Below are positions 1 to 13,359 of a stretch of 64,000 nucleotides of DNA, piece after piece (the first letter of the stretch is position 1; each line of letters begins with the position of its first letter). A program made the position numbers and the translations under genes. The notes beneath the pieces were generated by a model, which was not told where the DNA came from, did not search any database, and saw only the letters and a list, made by a program, of their open reading frames with translations. The stretch lies in NCBI RefSeq assembly GCF_009914755.1, contig NC_060927.1; one strand, 5' to 3'. The DNA comes from the human T2T-CHM13v2.0 reference genome, Homo sapiens.

Positions 1-345
1 AAGATGGGCACATGACCCAGGCGAGTGCAATGAGATCTGTCCCAGGATGTTTGTCGGGACTATCGGGAAAGGGACATCTTTTCTCCTGGGATTAGTAAGC
101 TTGGAGCTACTGGTGATCTCCTCTGCCACTACAAGGAACCCCCTGCCTGCAAATGAAGCCCACACAAAGGAAAGCAGAGTGAGAGGTGGATACAGATTCC
201 TGGTGGTGTTGTTTAAGCACCCGGATCCAGCTGGGCCTGAAGCCATCCCTGAAATATACCCCTGGACTTCATTCTTACCTAGGCCTGTAAATCGACTTTT
301 TTTGCCAAAGCCAATTTGAATTGGATTCCTTTCACTTGCAAATGA
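1..345 (+). mobile_element. old MaLR LTR fragment (MLT1J/K-like)
   Basis: GGGCACATGACCCAGG...GGATCCAGC...CCTGAAGCC...CCCCTGGACTT...AAGCCAATTTGAATTGG...TCACTTGCAA resembles MLT1 3' half. Confidence 0.55.
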
Positions 346-1061
346 AAGAAAAATAAGTGTCTTTTTCCCAGTCAGAGACTGTCTCTACCAACCACGATGG
401 AAGGTGCCACCAAAGCTTCTCCAACTGGCTTGTCAGAAGGATGGCCTGGGCTTTAATGAGGCAAAAGTATCATTAACCAACCCAACCTTGAGTATTTTTA
501 CTCCTCACGGTTTCCTGTTTCCCTTAAAAAGTTATAAATACACTAAAGGATAGGATTTACAAAATGCAATGGCCCAGTGTTTGCAAAGCTGTGAGCAGTG
601 ATGAAATTTTGTTTATTGTTTAGTCAATCAACCAACTTTCCTTGACTCCTCCTCCATTCAGACCCCAAAATGAGTTATAAATAGGGGCTTGCCCAGGAAC
701 TGATCCTCAGTGAGTTAAAAATCTGGCCTTTAGGTGGTTTTTGATATTCACTTCCCAACCCGTGGGCGGGAGAGGTCTCCTTTCCTGGTAACCCCGTCCC
801 TGTGTTTCCTCCCTGCAGTGGCTCTTTCTTCACACTCTTTCCACATATATTGCATGACGAGTTCCAGCCTTGTCCAGAAATGCCAGGCCTTGAGAAAAGC
901 TCACCTACTCTTCAAATAACCACAGAGCACCTACTACGTGCAGAGCTCTGGGGACACAGCAGTGACGAGACAGATGGGTTCCTGTTTGCCTTCCAGATGG
1001 GCAGGCAATGAAAAGCCAGAAAGCAAGAGCACTTCACCGAGGTGCTGGGAGATGCCCCTAC

Positions 1062-1147
1062 CTTCGCCTGCCGGACCCCGCGCACAGCTGACATCTCCGG
1101 GACTGCTTGGCTTTGCGCTTGGCTCCGCAGCAGGATGGGCACCGCAC
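1062..1147 (-). CDS. SSUH2: SSUH2 coding exon (VRCPSCCGAKRKAKQSRRCQLCAGSGRR); gene continues beyond the window start
   Basis: acceptor CTGCAG|GTG, donor AAG|GTAGGG, 86 nt, phase 0 to 2; within ORF 1058..1270. Confidence 0.93.
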
Positions 1148-1822
1148 CTGCAGACACACCACTGCCTCAGCCCCCGCTGGCCTCCCAGGAAGCAGGGCCA
1201 ACGGCATCCCAAGACCTGGTTCAAATCCCAGCCTGGTGACCTTCCTCCCCCTGGGCCTTAGCCCCTTCATCTGTAAAATGGTGCGGGGTGGACATGGGGT
1301 ATCTTTGGATCCTTCCAGTTGTAGCTTTCAAAGCCTCCACTCCCTAAGATCCCTGTTTCTTTTGAGACATCAGCCTCTCCTGCCTCTTCTCTGATCCCCA
1401 CAACCCCTGAGACCTGACCCCTACCAAGTGTTGAGAGGAAGCTGGGACACAGGCGCTGGTCAGGGGCCTGGCACTGGAGACAGGGGGCTCCTTTTGAGAA
1501 ATGGCCCCCAGAAAAGGCCTAGGCTGTGCTCCCAGTTGGGCTCATGGTGGGCTCCAGAAACATTCCAGGGAAGACCACCGCTGGGACCCACAAGCAGTGC
1601 AGGAGTGAGCTGGGGATGCAAACCCAGCAGGCGAGGGATGAAAGGGCTGGTGGAGAAGACAGTTCACGGTAGCCAGGGTCAGAGCATGGCCAAAGGATGA
1701 GGCTCGAATCAGGACACCAAAGAACGCGAGAAGTTTGGTTTTACCCCCTGGGATTGTTAATAGGCCTGAATGAAGGTTTCTGAAAAGACAACTAATGCCA
1801 TGAGTAATGCCACTGAGGGGCC

Positions 1823-2588
<766 letters not shown>

Positions 2589-2997
2589 GTGTCACTGTCT
2601 ACTTTGTCTCTCCAAGCCTTCCAAACTTTACCTGCTCAGCACCCACTGCCCTGCAGGACAAATGGAGTTGCTTGTTGGTTTCCCTGGCTGATAAAGACTG
2701 CCTGGTAAGAAGAACCCCAGGTCTTGGCCCTCTTACAGGACCTAGAGGTCAGAGCCAAGCAGGTATTCAGTGTATGTTGGTAGATGGATGAGAAAATAAG
2801 AGAAAAATTAAAATCGAACTGTCAAAGTGAAAGTGTCATTAGAGACCACACAACCCCACTTTTTCATTTTATAGACGGGAAAATGGAGGCCCAGAAAGGG
2901 AGGATGACTTGGCTGAGATGACACAGTTACTGCAGGGAGCCTCAGGCCACCAGCCCAGCCCGCTGTCCCCAGGATCCCCCGGCCACCACACCCTCAC

Positions 2998-3050
2998 TGA
3001 CTCACCAGTGGTTCACAGATGACTCACCAGTGGTTCACAGATGACTCACC
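2998..3050. repeat. 22-bp tandem repeat (2.4 copies) overlapping an SSUH2 splice donor
   Basis: TGACTCACCAGTGGTTCACAGA at 2998-3019 and 3020-3041, then TGACTCACC 3042-3050. Confidence 0.95.
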
Positions 3051-3112
3051 GTGCCCGCCCCGTGGCAGCCGCTGCACTTGTACCGCCCACGCCCATGGCA
3101 TTTGTGGCATTC
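3050..3112 (-). CDS. SSUH2: SSUH2 coding exon (ECHKCHGRGRYKCSGCHGAGT), two CxxCxGxG motifs
   Basis: acceptor TTTCAG|GAA, donor ACG|GTGAGT, 63 nt, phase 0 to 0. Confidence 0.95.
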
Positions 3113-4190
3113 CTGAAAGTGCAACGCTTTCTTGGGATCTAGTTTCCCAAGGGCCACTTCTCCCACACCCATAACATCACCATCTAAACCGAAGGTGGAG
3201 TGGATCAGGACCAGGATAGGAAGATGGCACAGGAAAGAAATGGCCCTTCCCATTTGACTAAGATTCCAGAAGGCTTGACTGCATCAGGAGATCATGTCAC
3301 CATTTCCTCTGAGCCCTAGCCCAATCTGGATGCCATCAAGGGGAGACGTGTTCTGGGAGCCCCATATCCTAGCTCACACTCTACGGTTTCCTACCAGGCT
3401 GAACTACAAAGGCTGATGGCATTTGCCCATAAGGTAGCTAATGTGGTCTTTGGGAACAGAAGCCATTAAAAAATGGACAGGATTTTTATGAAAGGCAATG
3501 AGCTAGCTACTAGTATTTAATCACTAATTTAAAATAGCCTTGGCCCCCTTGAGAAAGGAATAGAACACTTTCTCGACCTCTCAAAGTACTCTTTATCTTA
3601 GAACTCTGTAAAAACTCATAGAGCAAAATTGCACCCTTAAATCCAGTCCAAAAGTGTAAAGCAGGCAGTAACCGGAAAAGAACACAATATGAGCTATCTC
3701 AGTCGTGTTTTTGTAATCCACTAGGCTCCTCTCCCTTCACGCCACGAATATATGTCCATAAAGCAGGATGGAAGTCAGATTCTGTTTCCTTACTGACTCT
3801 CATGCAAAATCCCAGCAGGGTTTTAAGTTTTTATTTTATATCAATTTCATTCAGCCCTTCAGCTGTTTAAGCTAAAATAAATTTTTAAAAAAGATGAAAA
3901 CTACACTCAACCTGTCCAGGAATGTCACTGCTCACTAAAGCTGGTGACGATTTGTAAATCGGATGATCTGTTTGCTAGGTGAACACTCCCAGATTTGCTT
4001 GGAATTTTATTTGGGACTACATTCCATATACCAGGTTTTATTAAATTACGTTTATTTATAACCAACAAATGAAGCACCGGCCTGAATTTTGGGTTTCCCT
4101 TCAAAGGATGAGTTTGAGGAAACATGCAGTGCCTGGAAAGCCTCTCAGGGAGAAGGGCAAGTATTCCAGTAATCGCGTTAATCGTATTAC

Positions 4191-4315
4191 CTTGACCAGT
4201 GACGAGTGAGGGACCTGGAACTTCCTGGTGTCTTCCTGAAACATCGGAGGACCTTGAACCTTGATGTCCCAGAGCCTGGGGGAGGCGCCTCTTTGCGGCC
4301 CATCCACAGAGTGGT
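4191..4315 (-). CDS. SSUH2: SSUH2 coding exon (NHSVDGPQRGASPRLWDIKVQGPPMFQEDTRKFQVPHSSLVK)
   Basis: acceptor TGTCAG|AC, donor AAG|GTAATA, 125 nt, phase 1 to 0; within ORF 4101..4322. Confidence 0.93.
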
Positions 4316-4499
4316 CTGACACAGAAAGGGGTCATTGTAAGAATGACGAAGGGCAGCAGGGATAAACTTTCATTTATCCAGCAAACAGCATGAAGCCTTC
4401 AGTTGGTGCCAGGCATGAGTCTAGATCCTGGGGCTACAGGGATGGATAGTCAAGGCCTTCCTTGGAGGCAGTGACTAAGCAACCAAGATTTAGAGAGAG

Positions 4500-4695
4500 A
4501 CAGATCTGGGTTTGACTCCTGGCTCTTTTATGTCCTAGCTGTTTGACTTTAGAGAAGTTTCTTACCCTCTCTGAGCTTCCATTCTCTCATCTCTAAAATG
4601 GGGATAGTCATGGCACCTACCATACAAGATGGTAGTGAAAATTAAACGGAAGAATGTATATAAAATTGTTAGCACCAGGAATGGCACATACTGAG
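4500..4695 (+). mobile_element. MIR
   Basis: CTGGGTTTGACTCCTGGCTC...CTCTCTGAGCTT...CTCATCTCTAAAATGGGGATA core. Confidence 0.7.
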
Positions 4696-5434
4696 GGGAT
4701 GACACACAAGAATTGTCACCATTATCATCACCATCCCCTTCACCATCCCATCTTCTTCCTCTTGCTCTGTTCAAGGAGACAGACAGCACACCATCACAAT
4801 AAGATATGATAGGATATGATACATGCTTTGGACAAGAGTTGCATAAAGGGCTCTGAAAACTCAGAAGACTGGCCCATCCTGCTGGGAGGGGAGCAGCAGG
4901 AGGAGAAATCCTGAAAAGCTTCTTAAAAGAAGTGACACGTGAGCTGAGTCTTGAAGAATGGACCTGAGCGGTCTGTTAGGGAAAACAAGGAGGACATAGA
5001 TCTTCCCAAAGAGAGAAGCTTAGGCCTCCAGTGGGGGCTCAGCAGAAGGTGGGGTGGCAAGGCGAATGGGGAGCACAGGGGCCTAGAAGCTTAGGAGGAA
5101 TTAGGGGTGGCATGAGGGGGTGTAGGTGAATGCTTAGACACGCATGCTGCTTTACAGCCCGGCCCCGTGTGGCAGCACCAGACTGTAGCAAAAGCAAATG
5201 CTTGGCTTTTTCAGGACCTCCTGCTTCCTGGGCAGGAAGCATTTCCTAAGATAAGCACTGGAAAGTCTCTGAGATGAAAGTCCATCCTCTCATTTTGCAG
5301 GGGGTAAGGAAGCCAAGGCTCCAAGCAGAAGACCATCTTATTTGAGATGAGTGCCTGAGCCAAGTCCTGATATTTTCCACCAGCACCCTGACTTATTTGC
5401 CCCCAGTTAAACTAATTTCAGACAATTCACTTAC

Positions 5435-5495
5435 TAGTAAAGGGTTGAAATGTCCACTCGCTTATCCTGGATTCACTAAAGGTCTCCAGACGGTA
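5435..5495 (-). CDS. SSUH2: SSUH2 coding exon (YRLETFSESRISEWTFQPFT)
   Basis: TTTTTTTCCTTTTAG|TAC acceptor, CTA|GTAAGT donor, 61 nt, phase 0 to 1. Confidence 0.92.
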
Positions 5496-6486
5496 CTAAA
5501 AGGAAAAAAACAGCATGTTCACACTCGTGCCCCTTATGAAGACAGAGCATTATGCAAAAAGATGAAGCTGTTACCCTCCCAGGGCTCAGTGGGGAAACTG
5601 AGAGGTCCATGCACAACACCCTCGGCTGCTGGAACTGGCTGACAACAGCGATTTCTGTTCCACGTGCCCCCATGTCTGCAGGGAAGTCAGCCAGCCCCAG
5701 GAAATCTCCCCTGACAGGCTCAAACTAGAGCTAATTCAGTTCCCCATGAATTTATACAAAGATTCTATGAGACAAGCTTCAGAGCAGTAGCTGTCTTTGA
5801 TAGATGGAGGTCCCTGGAATCTATGGCTTTGAGATTTCCCTTATGGAGGAATTTATCTCCCTGATATCAAGATCTTCCTTCTTGATCTTCATCCATAGGG
5901 TGACAGAATGGGAAGAGGTCTTGGACATCACTTGCCCTCTCCTTTTACATGTGAGGAAATGGAGGCTCAGAGAGGTCAGCTGACTTGCCCAAGGTCACAC
6001 AGCCACACAGTGGCCTCTTCTTTCAGATTCCTGCTCTAACCACTGCCTGCAAGTGATTACGTGCTCCTCAGAGGGTGGCTGGATGAGCAGCACTAGAAAA
6101 TGTGACTGTAAAAGCTGCTCCTCTGCTCTGTCAATACAGGAGACAGAAGTGCCTGTCAGAGGCAGGACTTCCCTGCAGCAATGAATAAAGAATTTCTTGG
6201 CACAGTCATGATCTGGGGGAGGCAGAGGGAGCTGAAGTCTAGTGGCAGGTAGATGAACCTCTCTCAGCCCATGCCTTGTGGAAGTATGAAGTGAGGACAT
6301 AGGCTTTGAGGCTACCAAATCTGAGTTTGAATCTCACCTCTGTCACTTCTAGCTGCATCTTCTTGGGAAAATCACTCTGCCTCTTTAAATTTCCAATTTC
6401 TCGTCTGTAAACCAGTGACAGTGATGCTACCGTATAGGGCAGCCATGAGGATTTGACAAGGCGTGTGTGTAGCATGCGTTCTATGA

Positions 6487-6844
<358 letters not shown>

Positions 6845-7050
6845 TGACACTTGTTCTTTTTATTATCACTCACAGCCACAGACAAGTCAAGTTGCAGATG
6901 GGATTCAACATCACCACCGCTCACACTCAAACACACTGCCCCCAGGACTCCTTTCCCCTGGCCACATCACACAAACAGGCCTCCACTGTCCCAAAGCCCC
7001 CAGCTCCCCAGCCCCCCGGCCAAGGCCCCCCACCGGCCCTGGCCTCTCAC

Positions 7051-7180
7051 CCTGCAGAGGGTCTGCCGCTTCAGCTCCTGGATGACGAGGTCTCCAGCCA
7101 CCGTGCTGCTGTAGCAGCACTTAGAGTCCACAAAGCTGAGGAGGGCTTCCCGGGCCACCTCCTCCGTCATCGCAGGGACT
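7051..7180 (-). CDS. SSUH2: SSUH2 coding exon (VPAMTEEVAREALLSFVDSKCCYSSTVAGDLVIQELKRQTLCR)
   Basis: acceptor CCCTGCAG|A, donor AGG|GTGAGA, 130 nt, phase 2 to 0; lies within ORF 6967..7332. Confidence 0.93.
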
Positions 7181-7323
7181 CTGCAGGGGACCGAACAGAG
7201 AGGCGGGGGCTTCTGGGAAGGGCCTGTGGACTCACGCAGGCCAGCCAGCCTCCTCAACGTGCAGGCGAGAAACTGAGGCCACGGTAGTGGTAAAGCCCTC
7301 AGCAGTCCAACTGGGGAGGGCAT
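7181..7323 (-). CDS. SSUH2: SSUH2 alternative N-terminal extension (MPSPVGLLRALPLPWPQFLACTLRRLAGLRESTGPSQKPPPLCSVPC) using an upstream acceptor at 7326
   Basis: acceptor CTTTGCAG|GAGATG; ATG 7323-7321 in frame with exon 7051-7180; matches my recollection of an alternative SSUH2 isoform N-terminus. Confidence 0.7.
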
Positions 7324-8254
7324 CTCCTGCAAAGGGGACCATGTGAACGGGTGCCCAGCGTGAGAACGGGGCAGGTTTTCCTAGAGAACAGCCAAAAACA
7401 CTTTAGTTGAAATGTGGAGCTTAGGAGAAAAGCTGATAGAATCCTGCAACTGAAGAAACACAACCTTAGAGAGGAACTGTACCATTTTATAGATAAGAAA
7501 AACAGAGGTCCAGAGAGGATGTCGCACAGTTAAAAGGAGGCAGAGACAGGCTAAATAAGGCTCCTGCCCTCGGGTACCTTGACCTTAGCCAGAGGAGCTG
7601 CTAGCAACATGATGGGAAGACCCCAGCCAGGCACTGGCCCAGGGCTGATGGCAGCGCCCATGGAGACTCACCCTGAGGACCGTGGGTGGGACGACAGACA
7701 GGGACCCTAACCTCGGCCCTCTTTCTGCATGCCTCCCCCTCCTCCTGGAAGTCCCTTCCCTGAGGCCATGCCACCCCCTTACTGAAGTCTTTCTGGCCCC
7801 AACACCTCCAAGAGGAAAGAATCCTCCTTCCTCCCCTTGCATCTTCATGCATTTCTCCATGGCAGCCCTGAGAGCCATTAATCCACAATTCTGCACACTT
7901 GTGTCTCCAGCATCCTCCAGCCCTGGCACACAGAGGGGCCCGTCTGTCTTCAGATCCATGGATGGCAGCACAAGAGACACTGTGGGCTGGAGAGGCCAGA
8001 GATGACTCCCCGGAGGAAGCAGGGTTCTTCCTAAGCATGGAAAGTGGGTGTCCATGGAGGAGAAGGGGGTTGCTTCTGGCAGCAGCAGGGCCAGAAGCCC
8101 CCGGGAGAAGCCTCTCATGCTGCCCAGGTGAGAGGCTGGATTGAAATAGGGGGCAGCTCCACCTTCTCTCCGCACAAAGCTGGCTGGAAACCCTGAGCTC
8201 GGCCCTGAGTCCTCTCAAAACAAGGTGGATATGGGCCTTTCCGCGGATCTAGAC

Positions 8255-8462
8255 CAGGGTCAGCAAACTTCTGCAAAGGGCCACATAGTGATATTTGAGG
8301 TTTCGTAGCCCACATAGTCTCTGTCTCAATTACTCAGCTCTGGAGTAAAAGCTGCCAGAGACAATACACAGCCAATTGAGTGTAACTGTGTTCCAATAAA
8401 ACTTTACTCCAGAAATGTGCAGTGGACTGGATTTGGCCCACAGACAGGAGTTTGCAACCCTG
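8255..8462 (+). mobile_element. MER58A-like hAT-Charlie MITE with perfect 8-bp TSD
   Basis: TIRs CAGGGTCAGCAAAC / GTTTGCAACCCTG; TSD ATCTAGAC at 8247-8254 and 8463-8470 fits the NTCTAGAN hAT-Charlie target. Confidence 0.88.
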
Positions 8463-8471
8463 ATCTAGACT

Positions 8472-8626
8472 ATGGTTTTCAACGCTGGCTTTGTTGCCAA
8501 ACCACCTGAAGAGCTTGGTAAAATGTAAATCCCTAAGCCCCATCCCTGGAGGATCTGGTGCAGTAGGTCTGGGGTGCAGACGGCCCCCTCCAGGGATCCT
8601 GATGCACTGCCAGGGCTGAGATCCTC
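8472..8626. mobile_element. MER5-like hAT DNA transposon fossil
   Basis: TGGTTTTCAA...CACCTG...AGTAGGTCTGGGGTG...GATCCTGATGCAC...GGGCTGAGA. Confidence 0.6.
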
Positions 8627-8684
8627 AAGGGGCAATAGTGACACAGGAAATGCACACAGTCACAGAGTACAACCTGAAACTCAC

Positions 8685-8766
8685 CTGTGTTCCAGGAACG
8701 AGGGCCAGGACCTTTGCTCCTGGGGCCTCCCTGGGGCCTCCAAAGGTGGGAAGAATATCTGTCCTC
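8685..8766 (-). CDS. SSUH2: SSUH2 coding exon (RGQIFFPPLEAPGRPQEQRSWPSFLEHR)
   Basis: pyrimidine tract plus CTCCAG|GA acceptor, CAG|GTGAGT donor, 82 nt, phase 1 to 2. Confidence 0.9.
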
Positions 8767-9143
8767 CTGGAGAAGGGAAGAGTCAGGGGCTGGACAGCCC
8801 AGGCCAAAGGAACAAATATTTGTGTGGTGGAAGAAGGAAAGACTGATTGAATGTGAGAAAGAACAGATGAAGAAACAGTGATGCATTTAATGCAAAAAGA
8901 ATGGGGACTCCAAGACCAGCACCATCTAGGTCTTAGTGGGACCTGTCGCAGTCATGGACTGTTCATAGACAGAAGGCCTATGCCCCATTGCTTCCTCTTT
9001 CCACCTGCCCAAGATGAGGGGCTTCCCAGGGCCCCCCCAGGGAAAGGGGAGCTATCTCAGCACCACCTTTTTCCCGAGACATCCCACCAACCAGCGTGAG
9101 CCCTAGGTAGAAGCCCAAAGAACCAAGCCCTCTTGGAACTTAC

Positions 9144-9242
9144 TGCCCCCTTGAAGAAGCCAGTCATAGCTGGGCAGTCTCTCCAGGAGCTCTGTGGGGG
9201 GCGCCAGAGGACTCTCGGCCTCAAAACTGAGGTCCACCACAC
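9144..9242 (-). CDS. SSUH2: SSUH2 coding exon (VVDLSFEAESPLAPPTELLERLPSYDWLLQGG)
   Basis: acceptor TTCTGCAG|GT, donor GCA|GTAAGT, 99 nt, phase 1 to 1, open frame. Confidence 0.9.
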
Positions 9243-9518
9243 CTGCAGAAAGACAAGCATTCCTAAGCCTTGGGTAGGGAGGCGAGGGCTGATGAGGGCT
9301 TCACAGGAAGTTGAGAAATTAGGGCGGGTGCATTATAAAAAGCCTCACGTTTAAGCCAGCCTCACTCTGGCATCCTTAGGACACAGAATACATCTGCAGG
9401 GCAGGTGGTAGTAGCAGCAGTAATAATAGTGATGAGAAACATCAAGAATGCCAGCTCCTATTTGCTGGGTACCTACTCCGTGAATATGCATTATTGCATT
9501 CATGAGTCTGTAATTCAC

Positions 9519-9965
9519 TGTGGAATTACAGATGGCCACATATTCTTTGATGCTTTCCTTTCATGGAAACTGGGAAGATATGTGACTGCCTCAACCAAGA
9601 GAACACAGTGGAAGCATTAAAAGACTGCAGCTACTTCTGCCTCATGGAGCATTTGTTTTGGAACCCTGAGCTCTAAGTCAGGCTATTATGCTGGAGGGAC
9701 CATGAGGAGACCCTAAGACTACATGGAAGGAGGTCCAGTTGAGTCCAGCCTTCCAGCTATCCCCGCCAAACCAGCAAAGCCATCCTGGACCCTCCAAGCC
9801 ATATCAGCCACCTGCTGAATGCCACTGGATGACCCTAATCAACACCACGTGGAGCAGAAGAATCTCCTGCCTGAGCCCTACCCTAATTCCTGACCCATAA
9901 AATCATGAGACATAAAAACATTGTTGTTTTAAGGCACCGAGATGTGGGGTCATTTGTTATGCAGC
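9519..9965 (+). mobile_element. MLT1-type MaLR LTR fragment
   Basis: GATGGCCAC..ATTCTTTGA, CCCAGC/CCTGAGCCC, TTGTTGTTTTAAG..GGGGTCATTTGTTATGCAGC. Confidence 0.6.
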
Positions 9966-9969
9966 TTCC

Positions 9970-10215
9970 TCCAGTGGACAATCTTTGCTCTGGGATTCCC
10001 AGCAGACCTGACCAAGACTTTCTTGGAGCCACATGGAGTCTGAGACTCCTCCTACTTAATCTCCTTCCTTCCCTCTCTCCCTTCACAAACGTCAGACCTG
10101 CATTGCAGTCTGAAGACATTCCCTCCTCTTTTCTCTTCACAGGTATCTTCAAGAAACCCCTTGCACATCTAATGCCATCTTGGTGTCTGCTTCATGGGTG
10201 ACCCAAACTGGTACA
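9970..10215 (+). mobile_element. ERVL-class LTR 3' fragment (LTR16/LTR33-like)
   Basis: TTGCACATCTAAT..CATCTTGGTGTCTGCTTC..GACCCAAACT..ACA terminus. Confidence 0.5.
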
Positions 10216-10362
10216 CTAACGCCTTCCCTCATTCCACCAATGAGGAAACTGAGGCTCAGAAAGGTTGTGACTTGCCCAAGATCATACAACCAGCAAGTGG
10301 TGGGTGGGGCTGGATTCAAACCTAGACTCGTCTGACTCCAAAGTTCGTGTTCTTTCCAAGTA

Positions 10363-10651
10363 CAGACAGTCCCCAACTTAGGATGTTTGGACTTATTGAT
10401 TTTTCTACTTTATGATGGTACAAAAGCCATATGCATTCATTATAAACCAAACATCAAATTTTGAATATGGGTCTTTTCCTAGGCTAGCAATAGAAAATAT
10501 GACACACTCTCGTGACGCCAGGCAGCGGCAGTGAACCACAGCTCCCACTCCACCACTGCCTGGTGTATTAAACGCCTTCTTGACTTCTGATATTTTCAAC
10601 TTATGATGGGTGTATTGGGACATAACCCCACTGTAGGTGGAGTAGTATCTG
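10363..10651 (-). mobile_element. MER47-like Tc1/mariner (Tigger) MITE
   Basis: TA|CAGACAGTCCCCAACTTA ... AGTATCTG|TA termini with TA TSD; internal GGGGTTATGTCCCAATA..CCCATCATAAGTTGAAAATATC on the minus strand. Confidence 0.75.
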
Positions 10652-11218
10652 TACTTTTCATGAGGCAAAACTATGAAAAAATCATTCACTACGTATCTGT
10701 TTTCAAAACCTCATCCTAGCCTGTCGGGTGTGACATAGATACAGGTGGCCCTGAGATGCCAAGGAGGAAAGCATAATATAAGAACTGGCCCCTGAAGCAC
10801 TGGAAGGTTCATGAAACACCTTCCCACACATGTTGCCTCATCCCACACTCCCACCTGGGGGTGTGGAAGGCAGCACTTCTGACCCCACTTGACATGAGGC
10901 ACATGAGGCTCAGAGAGATTACTCCAGTAATCCTAGGTCACACAGCTGTGGAGTTAGAGCAGGACAGAGGTCCCAGAGGCCTCTGAAACAAGAGGTCTAG
11001 TTCCAGCCCACTGGGCCGCCCCTTTAAAACTGTTCCTACAACCCCTCACACTGGGAGACAAGAATCCCTTGGTTCTGTTTGTCTAGTGGCCAAGTCAGTC
11101 ACAGGAGTTGACTTCAAATAGTGCCTGTGAAATGGTCATGGAAGGGGACACCGTCTGTCTCAGTCACTGAAGCAAACTCAGAGCAGACTTCCAGCTGAAC
11201 TGCCCCATCTCCTAGAGC

Positions 11219-11252
11219 TTGTTTGTTTGTTTGTTTGTTTGTTTGTTTGTTT
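11219..11252. repeat. (TTTG)n microsatellite
   Basis: about 8 GTTT units. Confidence 0.95.
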
Positions 11253-13359
11253 GGTGGGAGGAACCTATTTAAAGCCCGTAGTAGCTCTCTCCCTTCACAA
11301 AAGTAAAAATAATATACCCTGTCCCTTCAAGTTTAATAAAAACAAAAACCAGACAATAGAAGCTTCGTTCCAAGAAAACTTCATTTGTGAAAATAGGTGG
11401 TGGGTCCGATTTGGCCCTCGGAGTCACGTTTGGCCCATCCCTGACTTAGACACTCACCTGTGTGTCTACTTAGACATTCTCCTGGGAATGGGCTTGAGGG
11501 GATCAGAAAGGTAGAGGCTGAAACCTGAGCCTTTCTGGGGCGAAGGCCCATGCATGTCCACTGTAGTTTCTGTCAGCTCCATTATCAGAATTAAAGATCA
11601 AGGTCAGGGCTGGACTGTAGCCCTGAAATACATGGCCCAAGCAGTGGAGGAAGGAGGGGATGCCTTTAAGACGAATGAACACCCCCTCTCTACCACCTCC
11701 CAAACTGGGAATGTCCTTGTCCTCTGACAATAAGAAATACTATCTGCCTCTCTAAGGTCTTTTCCTCCTGGCAGAAAACCTACAAGGAAGGTAAATAGAA
11801 AAAAGTTTCATAGACGTAGAGTGCCTTTGTAAGCAAGAAAACACATCTTTGTGAGCCAATGGTCCTGCCACATTTTGACCGGAGTCAGAAACCCAAAGGC
11901 AGCATGGTTAGAAACATGGGTTCTGACATGTCACCTTGGGCCCAGGCTCTCTGCATGATGTGACACCATGTAAGCCACACATCCCTGTAGAACTCAACTC
12001 CCTCCTATGCAAAACAGAGCAGTTGATATTAATACCCAAGCAATGAGACAATGTGTGCATAGTCCTTAGTCCTGTGCCTGGCCTTTAACAAAACCCAGTC
12101 ACTGCCTCCAACCTAAGAAGGGTGGGTCTTCCCCTTTCTTTGTGCTCATTTAAGCCAGAAGACAACAGTGAAAATATCAAGCATAGAAAGACTGTCACAG
12201 CCCTGTCCCCTGGGATGGCCCCCCACCCACCCACAAGTCTTGGGTCTGCTGGGGCATCAATACTCCTCTTGACGAGAAGACAGGGAAATACCATTCGGCT
12301 GCAATGTCCTGCTGGAAACCAAACAAAAGGGGCAGGAAGTGGGGAAGAATGAGAGGTGGGAAACTCAGACTCCATTCCTCAACCAGGAGCCACCCTGACC
12401 TCTCAGAGCAGCTACAGTTCATCAGAGCTAAATTAATCTCGCCATTCTGTTATGTACAAAAATAAAGGACTCCAGACTCAACTAAGGAGGAGGTGTCGTT
12501 TCCTGTACAGATCTTGACGGGCTCAGCAGGGAATGTGGACGTCACGGGGCATTGTGTGACACCCAGCACGGGGCACTCGGAAGGGGCCACCAGCCACATT
12601 GCTGTTCCCATGGTGTTGCAGCTGTTTCAGGCAGTCGTCCAGCTGGACCACCCCGCCCTAACACACACATTGTGTCCCGTGGCTCCCAAAGGGACATTGT
12701 AGGCATGATCTCCTTTGTGCTTCACGATAACCAGTTTTCCCTATTTCAGAGAAGAATGAAATGAGACTCAAAGATGTGGTTTGGGGCAACTTTGCTCACA
12801 CACGCATGGCAGAGATAGAAATAGCACTTAGAGCTCAGATCCTGTCTCCAAGCCCAGTGACCTTTCTACTTAGCTGAACACCCTATGGCTCCATGCAAAG
12901 AGCATCAGGTGAATGTTGAGAAGACTTTGCAAAGAGAGTCGCCAAGGTAGTGTTTCAGCTCACCACCCACAAGATATTTTTCTTTTGTATAGAAAGGAAT
13001 TTTCCTTGTGGAGAAAGGCATTATTAATGGGTAACCCCTTTAACGTTCTCTTTTTAAAATGTCATTCCCTTGACTACAGATGAGAAAGGAAATCAATGTC
13101 CTTTGTCCCTAATTCCACATTAATCATCTTAAAAGCACTGAAGCGTGCTCAAAGGGCTTCCCATCACCATCTTACTTGAGTTTGTTTCATACATTGTCTC
13201 CTTTGACAGGTGTGAGGGCCCCTTTTGGACAGGGGCCCCTGTCTCGTATAAGAAAGGAATGGCATTCAACACTTAAACAAAGAGTGGGAATCCAACAGGC
13301 ACACGTAAGTGTTAGGGGAACAGCAAACCTACCACGATGGGTGTATTGTCGATATGCAC

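Noticed and set aside
7585-8218. Overlapping 196/205-aa minus-strand ORFs in an SSUH2 intron
   Set aside because: No homology recognised and not needed for the in-frame exon chain; likely chance in GC-rich DNA
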